Origin: Fonticula alba ATCC 38817
Taxonomy: Eukaryota; Protista; Nucleariida
Assembly: GCA_000388065.2 (NCBI GenBank)
Contig: KB932204.1
Direction: 5' to 3' (one strand)
DNA: 64,000 nt
The position numbers and the translations under genes were made by a program. Of this stretch, positions 24,440 through 35,769 are shown piece after piece. The notes beneath the pieces are model-generated. The model saw only the letters and a list, made by a program, of their open reading frames with translations, ran no database searches and was not told the origin of the DNA. Numbering within the stretch: the first letter of the stretch is position 1; each line of letters opens with the position of its first letter.

Positions 24440-27400
24440 ATGTTTCGCCTTTCGCGCCTCGCCACCTCCAGTGCGTCATTCCCCGTCTACTGCTTTGACC
24501 TTCCCCGCATTCCCCATCTAGCGACATTCTTCGGCCTTCTGACCAGCATAACCTGCGCCTCCCCCCCCCCCTGCCAAGATTTCTCCCGGGGCTCGGTTCT
24601 CCTGAACCCCCTGCGTCTGCTCGCGGTGGCCGACACCGATTCCGTGGATGATCTGCCGTCGAGCCTTCGCCGGCGCTTCGCCTCCAGGTCCCGGCACAAT
24701 GACTACTACGGTCGCGATCACGACTATGATGATCATGACGATGAGGGTGATGATGACATCATGTCTTCCTCCTTCCAGGTTGATGACACCGAGGAGGGCG
24801 TGGCCCTGTCGTCGCCGCACTACCCGAATGCCGAGCAGGCCACCTACCTGAAGGAGGCCGTTGCCTGGCGCCGTGGCTCGCGCATTCTGCCGAAGGAGTC
24901 GATGCCGCTCCCGGAGCCCGATGTCGGCACCCCGGAGTTCCACCAGTTCGTCGCGAACATTGTGCGTTTCCGTTCCCTCTCTTTCACTCTTTCGGGTTTC
25001 ATCCATGCACCGGCTTTTGAGACCCCCACATTAACATGCTTGGCTGTCTGTGCATGCCTACCTCCCTCATGTAGGCGTCCTTCGAGACCCCGCCCACCTA
25101 CAGCTATGTGCCGATTGGTCCAATCACCTTCCGCCAGGCTATCCAGTCCACTTTCGGCGACTACCCGAGCTCGATCGGCCAGATCGTACGTGTCTTCCTT
25201 CCTGACCTACCCCCATGCCATGTATCCTCTCATACTGACCCTTCTCTCTTTCTTTCTCTCTCTCTCTCACTCCCTCCCTTGTCGGCTTGGCCTTTGATGT
25301 GTCTTTGCAGGTGAGCCTCACTCGCCGCGAGGAGTACCTCTACCGCCCGTCGGCTGCCACTGTCTTCAATGCGGCCGACCAGTACCGCAGTGTTATGCTC
25401 GAGGGCCCGGTCGGTTCCGGCAAGTCCATCGTCCTCTTCCAGGCCCTTCAGCGTGCCTGGGCTCGTGGTGATGTGGTTGTTTACATCCCCGATCGTGCGT
25501 GCAATCCGAGTCCCGACCTCCTCTGCCCTCCTCCGGCCGTCCGCTGCCATCCCTCCACCACCGCCGTCTGACCACCCACCATGTCCCGATGCGCTGGTGA
25601 TGGCCTTCCCTCCCATGTTTCCAGCCCACAAGTTCGCCTTCATGAAGTACCAGTTCTACTGCTCGGACAATGTGGCGACCAGCTCGTCCACCTACCGCTT
25701 CCCGCGCATGGCCTACGAGATCATGCGGGATATGTACAAGCTGAACAGCACCGACCCGATGGGCAACGGGGAGAACCGCCTGGCCCAGATCCCGCTCGTG
25801 CGCACTCGCCAGATTGAGGGGACCACCTACGCCAACACCGAGGGCTTCGACAACCTGGCCGATTACATTGGTGACCTGCTGCATCGCGTGGACTCCGGCG
25901 ACCTGTCCTTCAACTCCATCGAGTTGGCCGACAGCTTCCATGTGGTCATGGATGCCCTTTCGCAGAAGCTCCCCGAGAGGTACGCACACATGCACCCACG
26001 GGCCCTGCCTTTTCGAGTATGGGGCGGGGAAGGGAAGGTCCTTCCCCCTCCTTGCCCTCCTTGCCCTCCTTCTCCCGATTGCCCCGCTCATATCTGACCT
26101 TCTTCCCCGCTTGCTCTTTGTTGTCATGGGCCTCCTTCGGTTCGCCGCCTTCACAGCCAGCGCATTTCCATGCTGATTGACCGCGCCAACACCTTCTTCG
26201 GCAAGCTCGAGTACCGCGATTACCAGGGCAAGCCTCTGGTCATCGGTACCGGTACTACCCCGGAGTTTGACCGCATCCACAACATCTTCAGCGGCAACGA
26301 GCAGACTGTGCGTTCTTCCCTCTCTCTCTCCCTCTCTCCCTCTCTCTCTCTCTCTCCATCCAACTTTGCGCAACCCCCTCCTCCCATTGCTCCCGGCCCT
26401 GACTCTTCTCCTCCCTTTGTCTCGATATCTGTAGCACAACATCTCCGTCATCGGTGCCATGGACACTCGCACGCGCGGCATCCCGGCCACCCTGCCGGAG
26501 AGCCTGCAGTGCATCCGTGTCAATGTGCCGAACATGGACCGCCGTGAGTTCGGCCTCATGGCCATGAAGATCTTCACCGGTGACTACAACAATGTCCGCT
26601 CGGTGGAGGACCCGACGCGCACGTATGTCCATCGTCTGCGCCTGCCGGCCAACACCTGTAGCTACTTCTACACCAAGACCTCGGGCAACCCCCGGGCCGG
26701 TACTCTTGCCCTGGCGGTGGCTCCCTCGACCCAAACTCCGGAGCAGCTCCAGCGGAACTTCAACCTGCGCAATGCCCTCTATTACACCCGGCGTAACTCC
26801 ACTCGCGAGTATCGCCGCCGTCTGATGGAGGAGTACTTCCAGGAGTACCCTCTGCCGGTGTACGCCCGTGCCGACCCGCTGACCGGGCGCATGCTCGAGC
26901 ATGAGCCCGGCTCCAGTGTCCCCAACGAGCTGGACTATGTGACCTCTTCGCATGACAACCAGTCCGTCTCCGACTCCAGCGTGCACAAGCGCCACAAGCT
27001 GAACAGCACCCAGAAGCGCCTCCTCAAGAACATGGACAAGACCAGCCTGTCCATTCGTCTGGCGCGTGGTGGTCTGTCCGAGGCCGCGGGCTCCGAGACC
27101 GAGGAGGTGGCCACTGTCGCCACCGGTCCCGGCTCCAAGAAGAAGAAGGGCAAGGCCGAGTCCAAGTCCGCCAGTGCCCGGCGCGAGGCCACCATCGCCT
27201 TCCTGAAGGACCTGGCCGCCAAGACTCCGGAGTCCCAGCGCATCCACTACCCGCCGAACTTCGATGTGGAGGATGACGACGAGTCGGCCGCGCGCGAGGA
27301 GGCCCTGGATTATGTGCTCGACGTGCTGGAGCACTACCGCGAGTTCCCGGAGGAGGCTGGCGAGGGCCCGGACTTCGCCGAGTGGCTTCGTGAGATGGGG

Positions 27401-30400
27401 CAGCTCTACGAGTACCTGGCTTCCAAGCCGGTGGCTCCTTTCAGCTCGGCTCCGCGCCCCGAGTCGAATGGTGCCTTCCAGCAGGTGAACCTTGCTTCGG
27501 CCGATATGTCGACCTACGGCCCGCTCGGTCAGCCGCATGAGTTTGTGATTCAGAGCAACCCGCTCAAGGCCAACCATGTGCTGGGCAGCTTCCACTTCCT
27601 CCAGCTTCCGGATGGCATCTGGCCCGCGCGTGACACTCCTCTTGGTGACTTGACCGCCACCTCCTTCGGGGACTACACGTATGACGGCCTGGTTTTCCGC
27701 CCGGGTCCTGGCACTGATGCCGGCGTCCCTCGTGATCTGGCGGTCGAGCGTGCCGATCTCAGCGGTTTGGCTCGCCCAAATGCGGCGGCCAACTCGGAGA
27801 TCGATGCCGAGGCCGAGGCCACTTCCGCCGCCATCGGCACCGGCCCCGGTACCAACCCCTACTGGAACTACAACTCTGCTCTGGAGGATGGCGAGGTGCC
27901 GCTGACTGCCCGGTCACACTCCTTCGGCCTGCCTGATGGTGTGTACGATCCGTTTGCGCCGTACCGTCTGCGTGATGCTCCCCGCATTCCGGATCCCCGT
28001 CTGGACCTGCCTGCCGATGGGGAGGCCACTGGTGGGGCTGAGCCGGCTGTTGATGGTGATGCTCCGGTTTCCTCCTTCGACCAGCAGGACCTCTGGTATG
28101 GGGAGGATGAGCACTTCCAGCAGGCCATGCGCCGTGCGGCCATCTTTGGCCAGGGTGGTGCGGCTCTCCTGGAGGAGCGCGACCATCTGGACGCCACCCT
28201 CAAGGAGGTGTCCAGCTCTTCGACCGAGCCCGCGTACACTCGCAAGTCGTTGGTGGAGTTCCTCCGCCGTGAGGCGCCGCGCCATGACCCGGCCACCTTC
28301 CAGCGTCTGCTGCCCTTCCTGGTGACGGTCTTCGATGACCTGCATTCCACCAGTGGCTCTGCGCATACCACCCACCTGGCCCATGTGGAGGAGGCTGCCT
28401 TCGAGGATATCCAAGTCTTCAACCGGCTTCTGGATGGCGTGACCGATGACACGCTCCTGTCCTTCATGGAGCGTCTGGTTGGTGCCCAGTCCGTCGATGA
28501 GAGTGAGGACCAGCTGCTGGCCATGTCCCCGCCGTCGTGGCTTCTGCCGACTCTGGTCACCGCGCCTCGGCCCATCCGCGAGCAGATGTCCGCCCTCGGG
28601 CAGAAGGAGCGCTTCCAGCTGAACTACCTTCTGAACCACTGGTTCATGAATGATTGCCTGACCAGTGCTCCTGGGCGTTTCGAGGGGTCCGACGCGTGGA
28701 ACCGTCGCTCTGGTGCCTCCAACCCCATGCTGGTGTCCCTGCTGGACAAGGCTCTGCCCTTCGAGGCGTACACCTCGCCGACGGACCGTGCCCGTGCTCT
28801 GCGCCACCTGCTGACCGGGGGCGAGGGTGCTCCTGTGCCGGCTGTCCTGCTGAAGGATCTGACGGGCAAGGGCGACACCACCGCCCAGTCGCAGCTGGCC
28901 TCTCTGGCCGCGGTTGCCGCCGAGTCTGACGATCTTGGCCTGTACCTGAACCTGGCTCGGGATCTGGCTCGGCGCACGGCTGCCGTGAGCGAGGCCCTTG
29001 CTCGTCGTGAGACTCTCGACGCATCGGTCCGGCAGATGGCCCTCGTGCTGGGTAACAGCGCCATCACGGGCGATACCCATGGTCTGGACCGCGGCTCGGC
29101 CGGTCGGGTGCTTCGTGGCAACCCGCTGGATGAGGCTGGCTGGGGCGTCGATGGCGCCGCTCCTGTGCCGGCGGGCGACGATCGCCCGGTGACTGCTGCC
29201 GCTCTGCTGGACACCAACCGCCAGTATGAGGCCCTGCAGGCCCTGATGGGTCTGGCCCAGTCGGAGCGTGATCGTCTGGTGGCTGAGCATGATGCTTCCA
29301 AGAAGCAGTCTGGTCGTCTGCCCGGCAATGCCCGCTCGACCCCGGCGTATCTGGACAACGCGGACTTCACCGGCCACGCGGAGGAGATCCTGTCGGCCTC
29401 GGGCGCCGGGGCTGCCGACTCGCGCAAGAATGGCCTCTGGCCGACTGACGAGTCTGGTGCCCTGCGTGCCCCGGTTCCGATGGTGCCGCCGTCGCTGACC
29501 TTCGCCGAGGCGGTCCGCCATTCGGCCAAGTTCGCCGGCCGCTTCGACCGGCTGACGGCCTCTGCCACGGACTTCCTGCTGGACAAGTACACCGGTCCGG
29601 TGGTCGATGATCCGCAGCACATGGCCATCGCGCATCCGGACTACATGGGCGGCGTGACGACGCCCTTCCGCCTGCTGACCGAGCGCTTTACCCTGGCCTC
29701 GCGCATCATCAACGCCCTGGTGGCCGTGTCCAAGAACTATGCCCCGGAGGCCCACATCCTGCCTGGGGACTATGCCGAGAGTGTCATGACCCTGCTGGAG
29801 TTCCTGTATGAGCGCCAGTCCCCGGAGCTGGTTGCTGGTCGGACGCCGGTGTTCTTGCATTCGGCCTTCGCGGCCCTGCTGGCTTCGGACATCCCGCTGC
29901 CGGTGACGGTGGCCGCGGATACTCGTCCGCTGCTGGTGCGCGATGCCTTCAACCTCCTGCAGGCCATTGGAACTGGCCAGGCCATTGAGTCGAGCGGCCT
30001 CTTCGAGCAGGGTGCCCCGCTCCCGGCCCCGGCCCCGCCGATGCCTGGTAACATGAGCCTGCTGCACTTCCTGCTGGGCGTCGAGTCGCCGGTGTCGCTG
30101 GATAAGTTCGCCCCTCGGGCTGATATTGATCCCAGCCAGCCGGCCTTCTCCGTGCGCGATATGATCCTCAACCATCGGACCATCTTCGAGGACGAGTCCT
30201 TCTCTCTGGAGCCGGTTTCCCTGGTGGATGTGCTGGCTGAGACGCTGCAGGATCAGGCGGACCCGCGTGGCTCGCGGTCGCTGCCGACTCGGCCCTCGAG
30301 CACCGCGGCCCCGGTGGGCAGCGTGGCCAATGCCCTGGCTGCCGCTGGTCACATTGATGCCGGTGCGGCGGCCGCCCCTCGCGAAAGCTTCTACATGACG

Positions 30401-33049
30401 CCGACCGAGTTCTCCATGCTCGCCGGTGCCCAGGGGGAGATCCTCTTTGAGGATATGTACCACCTGCCGAACCCCTTCTCTTATGACCACACCGTGGAGG
30501 ATCACGAGAAGTGGAGCAAGTACAATGTGTGCTGGTCCAATGCCGAGGCCGCCCGGAAGATGGGCATCGCTCGGGTGGAGGACATTCTCCAGTCGGGCCA
30601 GGCCCTGCGCAGCAGTCGCGAGCTGGCCGCGCGCAGTGATTCCATGGCCGATCGCCTTCAGCGTCGTGTGGATGACTCCGCCGCGCGCGAGGCCGCTGGT
30701 GCTGGCGCTGCCGCCCCCCCGGCCGCCGCCCCGGAGGTGGAGGCTCTGCTGGACCAGCTGTCCGGACCGGAGGTTCGCAACCTCTCGGATCTGAGCTACC
30801 TGGCTGAGGTGGATCTGGCGAAGCTTCCCTCGCGGTCGGAGCGTCTGCTTGGCCGCGCGCTGGCGCATCGCCTCGGCCAGACCGGGGCCCTGGCCTCGCG
30901 TGATGCCGACTTCGAGGCTGCCTTCTTCATGCCGACTGACCGGGAGCGTGCCCTGCCGCGCGTCAACAAGCTTGGCCTGACTTGCCTGTCGGCGCCGACC
31001 GGTCCCCGGCCGACCGGTGCTCTGACTCACGTCAACCTGCAGGAGACCCTGCTGCCTCTGCTGAACCCTCAGCCGGAGGACTTTGACCCTTGGGTCAGCC
31101 CCTTCCCGGCGGATACCGGCGTCAACTCCCTGGTGTCGGATGCCATGGTTCGCCCGGCCAGCACGGTCCTCCCGGCCACCGGGCTTCCGAAGGTCGCCAA
31201 GGGTGCCTCCATGGCGGTGCAGCTCCCCTCGCTTCCGGCTTATGATCTGCTCAGCGAGCTGGTCCTGACCCCGCCGGCCGAGGTGGCCGGTGTGCGTGAC
31301 TCGCATGCGCCGCGTCTGGTGAACAGCCCGGCTCCGGCTTCCGGTCGGCATGGGATCAACCCCCGGCCGATGGTCCATGTGCCGGTTGGCGACAAGGGCC
31401 ATGCCTTCCCCGCTCGGCTGATGGCCGCTGATGCCTTTGTCGGTGGTGCTCTGTATGATGGCCGGCCTGCTGGTCCGGCTGTTCCGCTGGAGTTTGGCCG
31501 GTATGCCAAGGATGGCTCCTTCGAGCCCGGTGTGCCGGTCTTCGACCCGGTCACCGGTGCTGAGGTCGGCTTCCAGGCCGGCCACTTCAAGCTGGTGACC
31601 CTTGACCGGCGTGTTGCGGCGGATCCGCGCGCGCATAAGCTGGATCTGTCCAACCCGGCGGCCGTGGCCCTGGCGGCTCGTACCCCGGGCGAGGCGTCCT
31701 ACCTGCTGCCCTCGGTGTCGGTGTGGAAGCACCTGCACGAGAAGCAGGTTGCCCCCAAGCAGGTGAGCAACATGAAGCAGCAGAGCGCCATCCTGACGTC
31801 GCACAACACCAAGGCCCAGGCCCAGGTGCCGGGCCGGCGTCTGCACGACGGATCGGAGATCTTCGTTCCCGGGTTTGCGCTTGCGGATCGCTTCATCCCC
31901 GGTGCCGTGACTTCCGACGGTGCGCACGTCCGGTATGGTCTGCCGGCGGTTTTGCTGGCTGCGGTGCCGTCGCTGGCGGCTGCTGCCTCCGGGCAGCCTG
32001 GTCGCATGGCCACCAGCAACCAGCTGGAGGCCGCCGTGGCCGCCGTTCAGGCGGACCTGACCGCGCAGCTGTACAGCAGCGGTACCCCCGGCGGTCCGAC
32101 GGTCAACAAGGTCCTGGCTCTGTCGGATCAGGCTTACGCCGGGCTCCCGGCGGGCGATACGGTTTCGCGTGCGGTGCTCACTGAGGCCACTCGCCTGTTG
32201 ATTGCCCAGATGCCGGCTTCGGCCGAGCGCGACGAGCAGCTCAACGCCCTGCTGACCGCCGGGTCTTCGGCGGCCACCGGTCCGGTGAGCCGGTCGCTGG
32301 CGGCCGTGCTGGCGGCCACCTCCTCGGCCACTGGTGGTGCTGGTGGCCGTGCCCTCCTGTCGACGGCCGTGCCGTTTGCCTTCACCGAGGTGGTGCCCCC
32401 GAGCGCGGGTGCCGCTGGTGCCGGCTCTTCGTCGGCGGCCCTCGTGCCGCTGGTGCCGGCTGCCAATGAGGTGGGCTTCTCCTCGCGCGAGTACCGCTCC
32501 ACCGAGGAGCTTTCTCGTGAGACCGCCGCCGCCAAGAAGAACAAGGCCAGCTCTGCGCTGCTCGACTCGAGCACCAGCCGTCCCTTCCCGGAGATTTCCA
32601 CTCCGCAGTCGGCGTCGGTCCTGGCCAAGTACAACTTCGGTGTGCCGGCCACCCCCGATGGCACCCCGCTGGCTTCTAAGGCTGCCCTGCGGCCCTTCTC
32701 CAACCTGGACCTGGTGGATGACGAGTTTGTGGAGGGCACCTTCGACATGCTGACTGGTGCCTTTGTGGCCTGTCGCCCGGTCCCGGTGGCGCATCTGGAC
32801 ATCCTGGCCCGCGCTACCCCGAGCAAGCCGGTGCACATCCTCCGCCATCCGGCGCTGGATCTCGGCCCGGATGTGGCCTTCGTCCTGTCGGACGACCCGC
32901 GCCACGTGCTGGCGGCTGATGCCTTCAACAGCTCGGTCGTGCCCTTCCTGCCGACCGTGTCTCGCCTCCAGGAGGACGCCTTCAAGGCGGCCCCGGCTTC
33001 CATCAAGACGGCCCTTGCCACCGCGCAGGCTGGCAACCTGAAGAAGTAA
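24440..33049 (+). CDS. DAP3: Mitochondrial small-subunit ribosomal protein mS29/DAP3/Rsm23 with a roughly 2,100-aa C-terminal extension (predicted 2,609 aa); exons 24440-24470, 24579-24961, 25075-25185, 25311-25494, 25625-25979, 26157-26307, 26435-33049
   Basis: Presequence-like N-terminus MFRLSRLATS. P-loop MLEGPVGSGKSIVLFQALQRAWARGDVVVYIPD has the DAP3-type context. Further DAP3-like elements are YRFPRMAYEIMRDMYKLN, Walker-B-like MLIDRANTFFG and C-terminal TSGNPR. Six GT-AG introns with matching phases give one frame of 7,830 nt. Confidence 0.82.
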
Positions 33050-33813
33050 GCATTTCGGGCATACACACACATACCCACTCCCCCTCTCCCTCTCTCTCCG
33101 CTCTCTGCCTGGCTTTCTCTTCAGTATGTTGTCGTCTTGGCTGTGTGTGTGTGCGTGCGTGTGCGTATGCGCGCACACACGCGCCTCGTCGTCATCACCA
33201 TTTCCTTCTCTTCCCTCTTCCTCCGTTCCCCTAGATACTTCCCCTTTGCATGTGTGTATGTGTGTGTATCTCGGCGTGTAATGATGATATTGCCACCAAT
33301 GTGGTAATGGGCGAAGGGGCGCGGAGGGCGCAAGGGGATCCCCTTTTTGCCGGATGCGCGTGTGCGTGCGCGCTTGTCATGCGCACTGTCGATAGTGGTC
33401 TTCTCCTGCCCCCTCCCCTCCCCCCTCTCTCCGATGTGTCTCCTCCTCCATTAGTGTGCAAGTGGCCCTACGGGCGCTATTGTCTCCCGGCCAGCCTTTC
33501 CGGCGTATGCTCACGTTCATACGTGCGCGTATGCATGCATGAGGAGCAACACAAGTGCGCGCGCGCGCGCGGGCACACACACGCACACATACACAAGCTC
33601 CTTCTTCTTTTTCCAAATACATATATAGATCTTCACACCCCTCCCCTCATTTTGTGCGCAGGGGAGGAGAGTGGGTATTTCTCTGGGGGGGGGGGGGGGC
33701 GGGACGAGCGAGAAGGGTATGCATTTGCATGTGTAGGTATATATTTTGTGGTTGCCCAAACGAAGTCGGGCTTTCGGGAGAGGCCACCTGTGGCTGCACG
33801 CATGTACAGGGGT

Positions 33814-35769
33814 TCAAGCATCCAGCGGCTCAGTCTCGTCCTCCTCCTTCTGGGAATACTCGTCATCAGACACCTCACCGGAAATGCCGAGGAGGGCACG
33901 GCGCTTCTCCACTTCAGCAAATGCAGCAGGGAAGCGCTTCTGGAGCTTGCTCTGAAGTACCCTGTCACGCGGGCGTGCCAGTTGTGTGTGCGTGAATGTG
34001 TGTGTGTGTGTGAGAGAGAGAGGGAGGGAGAGAGGGAGGGAGAGAGGGAGGGAGAGAGNNNNNNNNNNNNNNNNNNNNNNNNNNNNNNNNNNNNNNNNNN
34101 NNNNNNNNNNNNNNNNNNNNNNNNNNNNNNNNNNNNNNNNNNNNNNNNNNNNNNNNNNNNNNNNNNNNNNNNNNNNNNNNNNNNNNNNNNNNNNNNNNGA
34201 GAGAGAGGGAGAGAGAGGGAGAGAGAGGGAGAGAGATGCGGAGGGGGAAGTATGTCGGGATATCGAAGCGCACCTGATCCGGTGGAAAACGTTGTCCAGG
34301 TCGGCACGCATGGTCGTCAGCAAGCGGATGTGCTTCTCCATCGAGGGCATGAGGGTACCAATGCGCTCGGCGGCGAAGGCATTGAGGGCCCGAAGACGAG
34401 TATTGGCCTGATGGAGATTCCGGAGGCTTTGATGTACGCGCATGCGTGTATGTGGAAGGAAAGAAGAGTTAGGGAGCAGGACCGATTAGAGAAAGGGGAG
34501 AGGAAGAAGGAGAGGAGGAGGAGGAAGAGGGAGGAAACAAGTGCGTGCCGTAATGGACGGCTCGCTGAGGGAAGAGAGAGAGAGAATAGCCACTGCTGTT
34601 GATGGAGGCTCGAAAGGAGAAGCATCAACGCACGCGATGGCCTGGGTGGTGACCACCTGCGATAGCTCACCATCGGGAATCATGGACAAAATCATGGTGG
34701 CAGTGGCTGAGCCTGGGGTGATGGCATCGCCCGTCGGGAGGGTTGGCGGTGGGCGCGGCTTCATCGAAACAAGCGTCCGGCCGGGAGGAATCCCGGGCGG
34801 AAGGGGGCCGGTGGCCAGAGGGAGGGTCCCAGTGCGAGCACGGCTGTTGGGCAGCAACTCGGCCAGGTTGTTGAACAACGGCTGGCGGGTGGTCGGGCTG
34901 GTGATGTGAATGATCCCCGGGTCGTCGGCCGAAGAGGAGGAGGTGGTGGTCGAGGGCGAGGTGGCAGTCGAGGCGGAGCGAGTCATGCGCGAGGGCGGCG
35001 ACGCCGGAGACGAAGGGTCGGAGGAGAGTGCACCGACTTGGTCGACCGCGTCCTCGGAGCCCAGCGTCCCGGCATCGGAGCTGCTGGGAGTCGGCGAGGC
35101 GGTCTCTGGCGAGGGACGCTCGATGACCTCCTCGTCACCAAGGGCCAGGGGAGCATCCACGTTGATGACCTCAATGCCATCATCCAGAGGGGCGACATCC
35201 GAAGAGACGCCGTCAATGTGGTGGGCACCGTGGTCATCGGCCGCGCTGGGCTCGGAAACCTCGGTAATGCTCTCGGAAATGGCCACCTCAGCATCGACAA
35301 CCTCCAGGGCCTGCGTAGCTTCGGCAAGCTCATGAACTTGGTCTGCGCCGGTGAGTTCAGTTCCATTGGCCGGGTGGGTAGTGATGGGCTCCACTTGGGC
35401 AGTGGGCTCGGCCTCCACGGTGGGCTCGGCCTCCACGGTGGGCTCGGCCTCGACGGTGGGCTCGGCCTCCACGGTGGGCTCGGCCTCCACGGTGGGCTCG
35501 GCATCAGTCACAGGTCCATCATCAGTAGTGGCCTCCGCCTGGACGAGAGCCTCAGTCTCGACAGCGGGGTCGTCATTGGTGGTGGCAGTCGGGGCCTCGG
35601 AGGCGGCAGTAGCTGAGTTGGCGGCCGCCAGGAGATCTGTCCCAGGCGGGACCGTCGTGGCTTGGCTCGGCTCTTCGACCGAGGCAACTGGGGTAGACAC
35701 CGGGGCCGGGGCCGGGGTCGCCTGTGTGGAGCGGGCGCCAGAGCCGCGTTTTTGCTTCCGCGCGGTCAT
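33814..35769 (-). CDS. KXD1: KxDL-motif protein (KXD1/BORCS4-like) with a long acidic N-terminal extension (spliced)
   Basis: C-terminal exons encode LRNLHQANTRLRALNAFAAERIGTLMPSMEKHIRLLTTMRADLDNVFHRIR | VLQSKLQKRFPAAF, matching the KxDL domain pattern (H..LL..MK.DLD.IF.RIR.LK.KL...P.AF). The first exon is 35769-34634. The second intron spans an assembly gap. Confidence 0.8.
34059..34198. other. Assembly gap (N run) inside a GA/CT microsatellite in a KXD1 intron
   Basis: Run of N flanked by (GA/GGGA)n. Confidence 1.
35402..35502 (-). repeat. 18-bp coding tandem repeat (about 5.5 copies) encoding AEPTVE
   Basis: The unit GTGGGCTCGGCCTCCACG repeats on the + strand and translates as (AEPTVE)n in KXD1. 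Confidence 0.92.

Noticed and set aside
27914-33178. 1,754-aa antisense ORF (and the 435-aa ORF at 26288-27595)
   Set aside because: They are in register with the mS29 frame and arise because the sense strand avoids TTA/CTA/TCA. The translation is a typical shadow with no motifs.
35402-35502. Regularly spaced direct repeats as a possible CRISPR array
   Set aside because: They are head-to-tail 18-bp units with no spacers, in frame within a eukaryotic coding exon, and no cas genes are present.
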